Below are positions 10,225 to 20,020 of a stretch of DNA of 64,000 nucleotides, piece after piece (the first letter of the stretch is position 1; each line of letters starts with the position of its first letter). The DNA comes from an uncultured Bacteroidales bacterium (GTDB taxonomy: Bacteria; Bacteroidota; Bacteroidia; Bacteroidales; WCHB1-69), in the NCBI GenBank assembly GCA_934699095.1, contig CAKUVI010000002.1, positions 66,457 to 130,456 of the forward strand, read 5' to 3'. Both the position numbers and the translations under genes were made by a program. The notes below the pieces were generated by a model that was given only the letters and a program-made list of their open reading frames with translations, ran no database searches and was not told the origin of the DNA.

Positions 10225-10244
10225 CAGCGAAAAAATAAAGCGAC

Positions 10245-11105
10245 ATGAAAGGTATAGTTTTGGCTGGCGGTGCCGGCACCCGTCTGCACCCTATAACGTT
10301 GGCAATGAGCAAGCAGCTGATGCCTATTTACGACAAACCGATGATCTATTATCCGATATCCACCCTCATGCAGGCTGGTATTCGAGAGATACTGATCATC
10401 TCGACTCCTGAGGATCTGCCTCATTTTCGCAGGCTTCTTGGTGACGGCGCCCGTATCGGCTGCCGCTTCGACTACCAGGTCCAGGAGGTTCCTAACGGAC
10501 TGGCGCAGGCTTTTGTGCTTGGCGAGCATTTCGTCGGCAACGACAAGGTTGCGCTCGTGCTCGGCGACAACATATTCTACGGCGGCGGCATTGAACGCCA
10601 CCTCGCTGCCTGCAACGACCCCGACGGCGGAATCATATTTGCATATCATGTGTCTGATCCCGAACGCTATGGAGTTGTTGAATTTGATGAAGATCACAAG
10701 GCGGTTTCCATCGAGGAAAAGCCAAAACAGCCGAAATCCAACTTCGCCGTTCCAGGCCTATATTTCTACGACAACTCTGTCATTGAAGTGGCAAAAAACA
10801 TAAAACCGAGTGCGCGCGGCGAATACGAAATCACCGATGTCAACAAATATTACCTCGAACACGGCAAACTCAAAGTCTGCCAACTTGACCGCGGAACCGC
10901 TTGGCTCGACACAGGAACGTTCAAGTCACTGATCGATGCCACCCAGTTTGTGCAGGTTGTGGAAGCCCGTCAGGGACTCAAGGTCGGCTGTATCGAGGAA
11001 ATAGCATTCAACCAAGGCTTTATCGACAAGGAACAGCTTGCAAAAATAGCTGAACCTCTTATGAAAAGCGGTTATGGCGACTATTTGATGAAACTTATCC
11101 AATAA
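10245..11105 (+). CDS. rfbA: glucose-1-phosphate thymidylyltransferase
   Basis: N-terminus [34 protein letters not shown] and a 286-aa length are typical of RfbA/RmlA. Confidence 0.93.
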   Translation: MKGIVLAGGAGTRLHPITLAMSKQLMPIYDKPMIYYPISTLMQAGIREILIISTPEDLPHFRRLLGDGARIGCRFDYQVQEVPNGLAQAFVLGEHFVGNDKVALVLGDNIFYGGGIERHLAACNDPDGGIIFAYHVSDPERYGVVEFDEDHKAVSIEEKPKQPKSNFAVPGLYFYDNSVIEVAKNIKPSARGEYEITDVNKYYLEHGKLKVCQLDRGTAWLDTGTFKSLIDATQFVQVVEARQGLKVGCIEEIAFNQGFIDKEQLAKIAEPLMKSGYGDYLMKLIQ

Positions 11106-11120
11106 AAACACAATAAGATT

Positions 11121-11975
11121 ATGAAAGTGAGATACATTTTGATTCTGACCCTTGTGGTTGCAATCTCCCTGTTGGGCTGTAGAAGAAACTTTGATATAAC
11201 AGCAACCAATGCTATTACGTCATTGGCGCAGATTCCCGCCACCGAGATCAAGACTGATTCGCTGATTATCAGGGATTCTGTCACAGAAGGTGAAAACACT
11301 GGCTTGGTGACCATTTCCGCCGAATATCCTGTGTCGGGTAATTTCTTTGTTGTGAACAGCATCTTCGAGTGGATGTCTGAGGAACTCGGCGGCACTTTCA
11401 AAAACCCCTCCGCCAACCCTAAGGAGATGTTCGACTACTATTCCAACACTTTCAGAAAAGACCTTGCCGAAAACATTCTGCCCGACCTTCAGGCAGAACT
11501 TCAGGCTTTCAGGGGCGTTGAATTCAAGAAAGTTGCCGAAACCGACAAGTTTGTGACATATACCTACGGTGGTAGCGGCTATAGCGGCGGTGCACACGGC
11601 TTTGCAACCTATTTCGGCCAAACTTTCAGAAAATCAGACGGCAGAAGGATCAATTACGATATATTCCGCAGCGACAAGCAGTCGGATCTTGTGAAGATGA
11701 TAAAAGCCGGTATCGAGGAGCAGTATTTCGAGTCTGAAACCGCCCTTGAGGACGCAATCACAATGAACGACTATTTCGGCCTGCTTCCTCTTCCGCAGTA
11801 TTCACCAGTGTTCCTTGAAAACGGTGTCATGTTTGTTTACCAGCAGTACGAGATCACCTGTTATGCCGCTGGAATGCCGCAATGCATCCTGCCGTACGAG
11901 CAGATTCGTCCGCTGCTGACACAGACCGGACTTGACCTGCTGAGCAACGAGGCTCTCGCTGCCGACAAGAGATAG
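11121..11975 (+). CDS. DUF3298/DUF4163-type lipoprotein (RsiV/PdaC-like extracytoplasmic domain)
   Basis: Lipoprotein signal (LLGC) and the characteristic YSGGAHG motif of the DUF3298 family. Confidence 0.6.
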   Translation: MKVRYILILTLVVAISLLGCRRNFDITATNAITSLAQIPATEIKTDSLIIRDSVTEGENTGLVTISAEYPVSGNFFVVNSIFEWMSEELGGTFKNPSANPKEMFDYYSNTFRKDLAENILPDLQAELQAFRGVEFKKVAETDKFVTYTYGGSGYSGGAHGFATYFGQTFRKSDGRRINYDIFRSDKQSDLVKMIKAGIEEQYFESETALEDAITMNDYFGLLPLPQYSPVFLENGVMFVYQQYEITCYAAGMPQCILPYEQIRPLLTQTGLDLLSNEALAADKR

Positions 11976-12040
11976 TGTTGAACTGGCGGCTTGAAACTAC
12001 ATTTTTCGTATTTTCGCGGCCGAATTGTTAATCTGATAAA

Positions 12041-12742
12041 ATGATCATAATACTGACAGCGTCTCTATTGCCGGTAGTCGCCCTGCTGCTTTACATCTAC
12101 CGCCGCGACACTTTCAATCAGGAACCGTTTAGGCTTTTGCTGAAGGCTTTTTTGTTCGGCGTCTTTGCCGCACTCTTGGATATGTTGGTGGCCTCGTTGC
12201 TCTCAAACCTTATACCTAAACCGATCACCTCCCCATTGAACGACGCCCTTTACTCCTCTATAGTGCAGGCGGCACTTCCGGAGGAGTTCTGTAAGTTGCT
12301 TATGCTTTACCTTTGTATCTGGAAGAGCCCTTATTTTGACGAATATTTTGACGGAATAGAGTATTGCGCTTTCATAGGACTCGGATTTGCCGGTATCGAG
12401 AACGTTCTGTATGTGATGCAGGGCGGGTTGGCTCTTGCAGTGTCAAGAGGCCTGTTTGCAGTGCCTGCGCACTTTTTCTTTGCTATTTTCATGGGATACT
12501 TCTTCTCATTGGCTCGGTTTAAGTATAGAAACAGAGGCAGGTATCTGTTCCTTGCCTATATCGTTCCTGTTTTCCTTCATGCCACTTATGATTGCATACT
12601 CATGTATTCCAACAACCTTGTGTCCGGAGAGTATGAAGAAGCAATGCAATTGAACGGAATACTGTCTCTCGCATTCTTGGTTTTTTTCTTTTTTGTGTGG
12701 AAGGCGGCCATACGTCGTGTGAAGAAGATTTCAGGACAATAA
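12041..12742 (+). CDS. PrsW-family intramembrane metalloprotease
   Basis: Multi-pass membrane protein with an EEFCK (EExxK) motif and an HATYD (HxxxD) motif. Confidence 0.7.
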   Translation: MIIILTASLLPVVALLLYIYRRDTFNQEPFRLLLKAFLFGVFAALLDMLVASLLSNLIPKPITSPLNDALYSSIVQAALPEEFCKLLMLYLCIWKSPYFDEYFDGIEYCAFIGLGFAGIENVLYVMQGGLALAVSRGLFAVPAHFFFAIFMGYFFSLARFKYRNRGRYLFLAYIVPVFLHATYDCILMYSNNLVSGEYEEAMQLNGILSLAFLVFFFFVWKAAIRRVKKISGQ

Positions 12743-12772
12743 CGTAGGATAAGATTTTTTGATATATAAAAG

Positions 12773-14023
12773 TTGGATATGAAAAACAATTATGTTCCGG
12801 TTTTGTTGCTGACCGGCTATTTGGGAAGCGGAAAAACAACATTAGTAAACAATATTCTTCAAAACAAGAAGGGCATCAAGTTCGCGGTCATCGTGAACGA
12901 TATCGGAGAGGTGAACATAGACGCGTCGCTCATCCAGAAGGGTGGGGTGGTGAACGAGAAGGACGACAGTCTGGTAGCCCTCCAGAACGGATGTATCTGT
13001 TGCACCCTGAAGATGAACCTCGTGGAGCAGCTTTCGGATATTATCTCCACAAGGAAGTTCGACTACATCGTTATAGAGGCAAGCGGAATCTGCGAGCCTG
13101 AGCCCATAGCACGCACCATCTCCACAATTCCGAGGATGAATCCGGAATACACCAAATTCGGCACTCCGCGCCTTGACTGTATCGTGACTGTGGTTGACGC
13201 ACTCCGTATGCAGAGCGAATTCAACTGTGGCGACAACCTTTCAAAAAAGGACATTCAGGAAGACGATATCGAAAACCTCCTTATACAGCAGATCGAGTTC
13301 TGCAATATGGTCATCCTCAACAAGGTGGATGAGGTGAAACCCCAAGAAGTTGACCGGATCAAGCATATTATTAACCATCTCAAACCGGGAGCTCCGATTA
13401 TAGAGACGAACTATGCTGATGTTGATCTTGACTGTATTATCAACACAAATGCGTTTGACTACGAAAGTGTTGCCACTTCAGTGGGCTGGGTGCGTGAGCT
13501 CGAGCGTGAAACTACAGCGGAGGAGGAACATGACGCACGCGCCGACCACCATCATCACAACGATGATGAACACGAACATGAACACGAACATGAACATGCA
13601 CACGAACACGAACATCATCACCACCATCATCATGATCATGAGAACGGTGAGGTTGAGGAATATGGCATCTCAACTTTCGTCTATTACAGAAGAAAGGCCT
13701 TCAAGATATCCGAGTTCGACCGTTTTTTGGCCGACAAGTGGCCGAAGAGCATAATCCGTGCCAAGGGTGTGTGTTATTTCAAGGAATACCGCGACATGTC
13801 GTACCTTTTCGAGCAGGCCGGTGTCCAGCAGAAACTCACCGAGGCGGGACTCTGGTATGCCACCGCTCCGGCCGACGAGCTGGAACAGCTTAAGGCTCAG
13901 GATCCGACATTCGAGCGCGACTGGGATGATGTTTACGGCGACCGCATGATAAAGATCGTTTTCATCGGTCAGCATGTTGACAAAGAACAGCTCGTAAAGG
14001 ATTTGGACAACTGTCTGGAATAA
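12773..14023 (+). CDS. COG0523 (CobW/ZigA/YeiR-type) metallochaperone GTPase with His-rich insert
   Basis: P-loop GYLGSGKTT and metal-binding CICCTL (CxCC). A ~40-aa stretch HDARADHHHHNDDEHEHEHEHEHAHEHEHHHHHHHDHE is also present. Confidence 0.85.
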   Translation: MDMKNNYVPVLLLTGYLGSGKTTLVNNILQNKKGIKFAVIVNDIGEVNIDASLIQKGGVVNEKDDSLVALQNGCICCTLKMNLVEQLSDIISTRKFDYIVIEASGICEPEPIARTISTIPRMNPEYTKFGTPRLDCIVTVVDALRMQSEFNCGDNLSKKDIQEDDIENLLIQQIEFCNMVILNKVDEVKPQEVDRIKHIINHLKPGAPIIETNYADVDLDCIINTNAFDYESVATSVGWVRELERETTAEEEHDARADHHHHNDDEHEHEHEHEHAHEHEHHHHHHHDHENGEVEEYGISTFVYYRRKAFKISEFDRFLADKWPKSIIRAKGVCYFKEYRDMSYLFEQAGVQQKLTEAGLWYATAPADELEQLKAQDPTFERDWDDVYGDRMIKIVFIGQHVDKEQLVKDLDNCLE

Positions 14024-14048
14024 ACACTATATTATATATAAGGGACGT

Positions 14049-14864
14049 ATGAGCAACATTCTGCTTATTGGAGACATTGTCGGGTATGGAAATCTCGGAA
14101 TGTCGGTCATGATACCAATTCTTTCAAAGATGGGCTACGGGATATACCGCATGCCCACCTCTATAGTTTCCAACAATTTCAGTTATGGCGAGTTTGCCGT
14201 TCTTGACACCACCGATTATATGAGCCAGTGCATAGACATTTGGGAAAATATAGGATTCAGTGCCGATGCCGTGGCGACGGGATATCTCGTGTCGGAGCGG
14301 CAGACCCGGATGGTGGCCGACTATTGTCTGAAGTTGAAGGCCCGCGGCACGAAAGTTTTCGTTGACCCCATCATGGCCGATGACGGCAAGCTCTATAATG
14401 GCGCCACAGAGAAGACCATAGGCTATATGCGTGAGATTTGCAAGGTTGCCGACCTGATGGTTCCGAACTTCACAGAGGCCAAGTTCCTGGCAGGCAAGTA
14501 CATCGGTGAAAACTCGCTCACTTATGACGAGGCCGTGGATCTGGCAGGCATACTGCATGAGATGAGCGGCGGCTCGGTTGTCGTCTCCAGTATGGTGATC
14601 GATGACAAGCATTGCACGTTCCTGCTTGACGATAGCAATGGGCAGTGCAGAATCTTCCCATATAACCAGATTCCCGCCCAATTTTCCGGCACCGGAGACG
14701 TTTTTGCGTCGATTCTTTTCGGCCAGTTCCTGAAAAATGTCCCGATACAACAGTCGGTTCAGAACGCGATGGATTTCGTCTATGACATGATAGTCAGGAA
14801 CCAGAACTCACAGAAACCTGAGAACGGGATAATGATAGAGAAGTTCCTCAACGACATCGTCTGA
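14049..14864 (+). CDS. pyridoxal/pyridoxamine kinase (ribokinase superfamily)
   Basis: 271 aa. PdxK/PdxY-like layout with a GTGD motif near the C-terminus (FSGTGDVFAS). Confidence 0.7.
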   Translation: MSNILLIGDIVGYGNLGMSVMIPILSKMGYGIYRMPTSIVSNNFSYGEFAVLDTTDYMSQCIDIWENIGFSADAVATGYLVSERQTRMVADYCLKLKARGTKVFVDPIMADDGKLYNGATEKTIGYMREICKVADLMVPNFTEAKFLAGKYIGENSLTYDEAVDLAGILHEMSGGSVVVSSMVIDDKHCTFLLDDSNGQCRIFPYNQIPAQFSGTGDVFASILFGQFLKNVPIQQSVQNAMDFVYDMIVRNQNSQKPENGIMIEKFLNDIV

Positions 14865-14938
14865 CGGGTAGTTGTTGGTTACTAACAATTTAGGGTGAAA
14901 AAATATTTTAAATAGTGAAAAGATAAAAGAAAAAAGTG

Positions 14939-14946
14939 TATTTTTG
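14939..14946 (+). promoter_or_regulatory. Bacteroidota -7 promoter box (TATTTTTG) ahead of rpsL
   Basis: Consensus match inside a very AT-rich 140-nt leader, about 60 nt before the rpsL ATG. Confidence 0.5.
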
Positions 14947-15006
14947 CAGCCGCAAATTTTATGTATAAACCAAATTAAATTATCAAAAAAAATTAAAAAT
15001 TAATTT

Positions 15007-15390
15007 ATGCCTACCATTCAACAATTAGTAAGAAAGGGAAGAAAAAGACTTACTTCACAGAGCAAGTCAAAGGCTTTGGATGCATGTCCGCAGCGTCGCG
15101 GTGTGTGTCTGAGAGTTTACACCACAACACCTAAGAAACCTAACTCAGCTATGCGTAAGGTTGCCAGGGTTAGAATGACAAACGGTAAGGAAGTCAACGC
15201 TTACATTCCGGGCGAAGGCCACAACTTGCAGGAGCACTCAATCGTATTGGTGCGCGGCGGTCGTGTTAAGGATTTGCCAGGTGTAAGATATCACATCGTA
15301 CGCGGTGCGTTAGACTCAGCCGGAGTTGACGGTCGTCTTCAAGGTCGTTCAAAATATGGTGCTAAACGTCCCAAAAAAGCTGCAAAATAA
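15007..15390 (+). CDS. rpsL: 30S ribosomal protein S12
   Basis: [12 protein letters not shown]..., [11 protein letters not shown] and [17 protein letters not shown] are all present. Confidence 0.95.
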   Translation: MPTIQQLVRKGRKRLTSQSKSKALDACPQRRGVCLRVYTTTPKKPNSAMRKVARVRMTNGKEVNAYIPGEGHNLQEHSIVLVRGGRVKDLPGVRYHIVRGALDSAGVDGRLQGRSKYGAKRPKKAAK

Positions 15391-15475
15391 TTAAAATTCC
15401 CTAAAGAAAGTGTAAATTGAACGCCGGGATTGGCGATTCAAGAGTAAATAACAAATTTATTGAAGATACAAGAAT

Positions 15476-15943
15476 ATGAGAAATTCACATGCAAAGAAAA
15501 GGATCATTCTTCCAGATCCTAAATTCAATGACGAACAGGTAACGAAATTCGTCAACAATATCATGTTGAAAGGTAAGAAAAATCTTGCTTTCGAAATTTT
15601 CTACGATGCTATCGACATAGTTAGCGAGAAGACCAAGGAGAACGGTCTTGAGGTGTGGAAAAAGGCCCTTGAGAATGTTACACCGAGCGTTGAAGTAAAG
15701 AGCAAGCGCGTAGGTGGTACCACCCTTCCTGTTCCAGAGGAGATCAAGCCGGGCAGAAAGCAGTCAGTTGGTATGAAAAACCTTATCTCTTTCGCACGCA
15801 AACGTCATGAGAAGACCATGGCTGACAAGCTCGCGCAGGAGATTATGGCCGCATACAAGAGTGAAGGCGCCGCTTTCAAGAAGAAAGAGGAAATCCACAG
15901 AATGGCAGAAGCCAACAAGGCATTCGCTCACATGCGCATGTAA
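15476..15943 (+). CDS. rpsG: 30S ribosomal protein S7
   Basis: 155 aa in the S7 family (LPDPKFND..., [22 protein letters not shown]), in the position between rpsL and fusA. Confidence 0.92.
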   Translation: MRNSHAKKRIILPDPKFNDEQVTKFVNNIMLKGKKNLAFEIFYDAIDIVSEKTKENGLEVWKKALENVTPSVEVKSKRVGGTTLPVPEEIKPGRKQSVGMKNLISFARKRHEKTMADKLAQEIMAAYKSEGAAFKKKEEIHRMAEANKAFAHMRM

Positions 15944-15997
15944 TTGTAATTGTCCGTTGTTCATAACCTATAGTCCAATCATTTTTTATACAGCGCA

Positions 15998-18091
15998 ATG
16001 TCAGAGGATTTGCATTTCATACGCAACATCGGCATAATGGCTCATATTGATGCTGGCAAGACCACCACAACTGAGCGCATTCTGTATTATACTGGCAAGA
16101 GCTACAAGATTGGCGAGGTTGACGAAGGGACGGCCACGATGGACTGGATGGTTCAAGAGCAGGAACGCGGAATCACCATCACCAGCGCGGCCACCACAGT
16201 GATGTGGAAATATGACACACAAGACTTTAAGATCAACATCATCGACACTCCAGGTCACGTTGATTTTACTGTCGAAGTGGAACGTTCTTTGAGAATATTG
16301 GATGGAGCTGTGGCCATTTTCTGCGCCGTCGGCGGCGTGGAAGCCCAGTCGGAGACCGTATGGCGCCAGGCCAACAAATACAACGTGGCCCGCATCTGCT
16401 ATGTCAACAAGATGGACCGTGCGGGTGCCAACTTCTATGCCGTGGTGAACCAAATCCACGACAAGCTGAAAGCCAACCCGCTTCCACTTCAGTTGCCTAT
16501 AGGAGCTGAAGACGAGTTCGTGGGTGTTGTTGACCTGTTGGAGATGAAAGCCTACCAGTGGGATGAGGACGACCTCGGTGCAACATATCACGAGATCCCA
16601 ATCCCCGAGGACATGCAGGAAGATGTGGACAAATACCGCACCCGCCTGCTTGAAACCCTCTCCGAACTGAACGAGACCATCATGGAAAAGTATTTCGACA
16701 ATCCGGATAGCATAACTGTCGAGGAGATGGAGGATACGATCCGTGAGGCCACACTCGCACGTAAGATTGAACCCGTTTTGTGCGGCTCTTCATTCAAAAA
16801 TAAAGGTGTGCAACGTCTGTTGGATGCTATTGTGAAGTACCTTCCGTCGCCGTTGGATATGCCTGCAATTGAAGGTGTCAATCCTAAAAACGACGAGAAG
16901 GAGAGTCGCAGTGCTGACATCCACGAACCGTTTGCCGCACTCGCCTTCAAGATCGCAACCGATCCTTATATCGGCAAACTTACGTTTATCAAGGTCTATT
17001 CCGGTGAACTTAAGTCCGGTGAAAACCTCTATAATGTAAGTACAGGCAAGAAGGAGCGAGTTTCGAAGATTCTACAGATGCACTCCAACAAGCAGATGCC
17101 TTTGGAAAGCGCCACCGCCGGCAACATCGTTGCCCTGGTGGGCATGAAGGAGATCCACACTGGCGACAGCCTTACCGACGAACGCCACCCGGTGATTCTG
17201 GAAAACATTGTATTTCCTGAACCCGTGATACAAATCGCCATCGAGCCCAAAACCAAAGATGACGAGGAGAAGATGACGCTCGCACTCGGAAAACTCTCCG
17301 ATGAGGATCCCACTTTCATGGTGAAGGAGGATTCTGAATCAGGTCAGACCTTGATAAGCGGCATGGGAGAACTTCACTTGGAGATTCTTCTCGACCGACT
17401 GAAGAGAGAGTTCAATGTGGAATGCAATCACGGCAAACCCCGCGTTGCCTACAAAGAGGCAGTCACAACCACGGTTCGGCACAGAGAGTCGTACAAACGC
17501 CAGAACGGCGGCAGAGGCTCTTTTGCAGTGCTCGACTTCCGGATGGACCCGATGCCGTTGGATTCCAAAGGTCTGCACTTCGTGAATGAAATCAAAGGTG
17601 ATGCGGTTCCCAAAAACTATATCACCGGTGCCGAAAACGGATTCAAGATCGCAATGTCAAACGGAAAATACGGATTCCCACTCGAAGCCCTCTCAGTGAC
17701 AGTCCTCGATGGTGAGTCCCATCCAACCGACTCCGATGCACTTTCGTTCGAGATCTGCGCCAAGATCGGTTTCCGTGAGGCGATTCGCGAAATTGAGACC
17801 GCTATTCTGGAACCTATCATGAAGGTCGAGATCACAACTCCCGATGAATATATAGGCAACGTGACAGGAGACCTCAACCGTCGGCGCTCCGTTTTGGAAC
17901 AGATCGATGCAAAAGTTGGATTCCAGATTATCACCGCCCAGGTTCCGCTCGCCGAAATGTTCGGCTATGTCACCACATTACGCTCAATAACCTCAGGACG
18001 CGCAACATTCAGCATGGAATTTTTAAGATATGCTGAAGTCACACCTGAAATAAAGGACTATATAATGAACGTCGGCAGATTCATATTGTAA
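15998..18091 (+). CDS. fusA: elongation factor G (possibly a divergent paralogue)
   Basis: G motifs [17 protein letters not shown] and NKMD are present, with five-domain EF-G length (697 aa). Several normally invariant motifs are substituted (see findings). Confidence 0.9.
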   Translation: MSEDLHFIRNIGIMAHIDAGKTTTTERILYYTGKSYKIGEVDEGTATMDWMVQEQERGITITSAATTVMWKYDTQDFKINIIDTPGHVDFTVEVERSLRILDGAVAIFCAVGGVEAQSETVWRQANKYNVARICYVNKMDRAGANFYAVVNQIHDKLKANPLPLQLPIGAEDEFVGVVDLLEMKAYQWDEDDLGATYHEIPIPEDMQEDVDKYRTRLLETLSELNETIMEKYFDNPDSITVEEMEDTIREATLARKIEPVLCGSSFKNKGVQRLLDAIVKYLPSPLDMPAIEGVNPKNDEKESRSADIHEPFAALAFKIATDPYIGKLTFIKVYSGELKSGENLYNVSTGKKERVSKILQMHSNKQMPLESATAGNIVALVGMKEIHTGDSLTDERHPVILENIVFPEPVIQIAIEPKTKDDEEKMTLALGKLSDEDPTFMVKEDSESGQTLISGMGELHLEILLDRLKREFNVECNHGKPRVAYKEAVTTTVRHRESYKRQNGGRGSFAVLDFRMDPMPLDSKGLHFVNEIKGDAVPKNYITGAENGFKIAMSNGKYGFPLEALSVTVLDGESHPTDSDALSFEICAKIGFREAIREIETAILEPIMKVEITTPDEYIGNVTGDLNRRRSVLEQIDAKVGFQIITAQVPLAEMFGYVTTLRSITSGRATFSMEFLRYAEVTPEIKDYIMNVGRFIL

Positions 18092-18128
18092 AAACATAAA
18101 AGTAATAAATTCATTAAATTATAAAAAA

Positions 18129-18443
18129 GTGGCTCATAGAATTAGAATTAAATTAAAATCATTCGACCACACTTTGGTTGACAAGTCCGCCGAGAAAATC
18201 GTCAAGACTGTCAATAGTGTGAAAGACGACAAAGTGGTTTTGGTAGGACCTATTCCATTGCCAACCCACAAGAAAATCTTCACCGTAAACCGTTCTACAT
18301 TCGTTAACAAGAAGTCAAGAGAACAATTCCAACTCTCAACCTACAAGAGAATTCTGGATATTTACGGTACTACAACACAAACCATCGACGCGTTGATGAA
18401 ACTGGAATTGCCCAGCGGTGTTGACGTAGAAATCAAGGTTTGA
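18129..18443 (+). CDS. rpsJ: 30S ribosomal protein S10
   Basis: [11 protein letters not shown]..., GPIPLPT and [17 protein letters not shown] are present. GTG start, with a 3-aa insertion before GPIPLP. Confidence 0.9.
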   Translation: MAHRIRIKLKSFDHTLVDKSAEKIVKTVNSVKDDKVVLVGPIPLPTHKKIFTVNRSTFVNKKSREQFQLSTYKRILDIYGTTTQTIDALMKLELPSGVDVEIKV

Positions 18444-18456
18444 TAATCTAAGGAGA

Positions 18457-18476
18457 GCCTGTCTATCAGGCTTTTT
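18457..18476 (+). terminator. intrinsic terminator after rpsJ (AGCCTG-TCTAT-CAGGCT-TTTT)
   Basis: 6-bp GC-rich stem followed by a T-run, 14 nt after the rpsJ stop. Confidence 0.6.
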
Positions 18477-18479
18477 CAC

Positions 18480-18554
18480 GGGGCGTTAGCTCAGTTTGGT
18501 TAGAGCGTTTGACTGGCAGTCAAAAGGTCGTGAGTTCGACTCTCATACGCTCCA
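18480..18554 (+). tRNA. tRNA-Ala (anticodon GGC)
   Basis: Cloverleaf folded by hand: acceptor GGGGCGT/ACGCTCC with the G3:U70 alanine identity pair, anticodon loop CTGGCAG, T-loop TTCGACT. CCA is not encoded. Confidence 0.9.
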
Positions 18555-18571
18555 CTTGTATGATTTTTCAA

Positions 18572-18598
18572 AGGCTTGCAATCGGCAAGCCTTTTTTC
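18572..18598 (+). terminator. intrinsic terminator after tRNA-Ala (GGCTTGC-AATCG-GCAAGCC-TTTTTT)
   Basis: Perfect 7-bp stem followed by a T-run. Confidence 0.65.
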
Positions 18599-18696
18599 TT
18601 TTTTAGTCTCGACTGCTTATTTCTTTTGTCCGTATCGTATATTGAATTTTTTTGTAATTTTGCACTCGCTTTTTTGAAACAATAAATAATACAAAT

Positions 18697-19935
18697 ATGG
18701 CAAGCAGAAGAAAAGAATTATTTCCAAATGTTACCGATGCCGAGTGGAATGATTGGAGATGGCAGGTGCGTAACAGAATAGAGACTCTTGATGAGTTGAA
18801 GAAATACATTGATCTTACTCCCGAAGAAGAAGAGGGCGTCAAGAAATCACTTGAGACATTGAGGATGGCGATCACTCCTTATTACCTCAGTTTGATCGAT
18901 CCGAACAATCCGAACTGCCCGATTCGCAAGCAGGCCATCCCGACAGGTGCAGAAGTTCATCGTTCACCTGCCGACCTTCTCGACCCTCTCCACGAGGATG
19001 AGGATTCACCGGTTCCTGGACTTACCCACAGATATCCGGACAGAGTGCTTTTCCTGATCACAGACCAGTGCTCAATGTACTGTCGTCACTGCACACGCCG
19101 TCGTTTTGCCGGCCAGCACGACTGTGAGTCACCATCTGAACGCATCCAGGGCGCTATCGACTACATAGCCCGCACTCCTGAAGTCAGGGACGTGCTCCTC
19201 TCTGGCGGTGATGCTCTCATGGTTGGCGACAAGATGTTGGAGTCAATCATTCAACGCCTTCGTGCTATCCCTCATGTTGAAATCATCCGTATCGGTAGCC
19301 GTACCCCAGTGGTTTGCCCTCAACGTATCACTGACGACCTTGTCAACATGCTCAAGAAATATCACCCTATTTGGCTCAACACCCACTTCAACCATTCAAA
19401 TGAAGTCACTCCAGAGGCAATGGCTGCATGTGCAAAACTTGCTGATGCTGGTATCCCGTTGGGCAACCAGACTGTATTGCTTCGCGGTGTGAACGACGAC
19501 ACCCAGATAATGAAGAATCTTGTTCACGACCTCGTACGTATGCGCGTTCGTCCGTACTATATCTACCAGTGCGACTTGTCAATGGGCTTGGAGCATTTCC
19601 GCACTCCCGTCTCGAAGGGTATTGAGATTATCGAAAACCTCCGTGGCCATACATCAGGATATTGCGTTCCTACATTCGTGGTTGACGCTCCTGGCGGCGG
19701 CGGTAAGATTCCTGTAATGCCAAATTATGTTATCTCCCAAAGCCCTAACAAAGTCATCCTCCGCAACTACGAGGGCGTGATAACAACCTATACGGAACCA
19801 TCCGACTATCAGGATCATACCTGCGGAGTTCCTCAGGAAGAAAAGCACGTGGAGGGCGTTGCCTCTCTGCTGCATGGTGAGACAATGTCGCTCGAACCTA
19901 ATGATCTTGCACGTAAAAAGAGACATAAAAAATAA
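18697..19935 (+). CDS. kamA: L-lysine 2,3-aminomutase (radical SAM)
   Basis: CSMYCRHCTRRRFAGQ radical-SAM cluster motif. The 412-aa length and overall sequence are typical of KamA/AblA rather than the shorter EpmB. Confidence 0.88.
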   Translation: MASRRKELFPNVTDAEWNDWRWQVRNRIETLDELKKYIDLTPEEEEGVKKSLETLRMAITPYYLSLIDPNNPNCPIRKQAIPTGAEVHRSPADLLDPLHEDEDSPVPGLTHRYPDRVLFLITDQCSMYCRHCTRRRFAGQHDCESPSERIQGAIDYIARTPEVRDVLLSGGDALMVGDKMLESIIQRLRAIPHVEIIRIGSRTPVVCPQRITDDLVNMLKKYHPIWLNTHFNHSNEVTPEAMAACAKLADAGIPLGNQTVLLRGVNDDTQIMKNLVHDLVRMRVRPYYIYQCDLSMGLEHFRTPVSKGIEIIENLRGHTSGYCVPTFVVDAPGGGGKIPVMPNYVISQSPNKVILRNYEGVITTYTEPSDYQDHTCGVPQEEKHVEGVASLLHGETMSLEPNDLARKKRHKK

Positions 19936-19947
19936 ATTTCCTGATAC

Positions 19948-19982
19948 AAAACACCTTGGCGCTACTGTCAGGGTGTTTTTTT
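19948..19982 (+). terminator. intrinsic terminator after kamA
   Basis: AACACCTTG...CAGGGTGTT stem (one G:U pair) followed by TTTTTTT. Confidence 0.6.
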
Positions 19983-20020
19983 GATTTGTTTGTCGGTTTT
20001 CTAATGTGAATTATCAGATT

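Noticed and set aside
14124-14750. Long antisense ORFs inside well-supported genes. Examples: 440..901, 932..1438, 14124..14750, 16001..16591, 25339..25866, 35042..35650, 45728..46318, 56973..57665, 59784..60380, 61665..63686 set.
   Set aside because: Each lies opposite a CDS with strong family motifs, shows Arg/Ser/His-rich or otherwise non-protein-like composition, and lacks independent start context. These are typical shadow ORFs in a roughly 48-50 % GC genome.
12773-18443. Zinc-sparing explanation: a COG0523 gene followed by alternative ribosomal proteins, like Zur-regulated C-minus paralogues.
   Set aside because: The known zinc-independent paralogues are L31, L33, L36, S14, S18 and L28. 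S12, S7 and S10 have no zinc ribbon, and a pyridoxal kinase gene with a separate promoter region intervenes.
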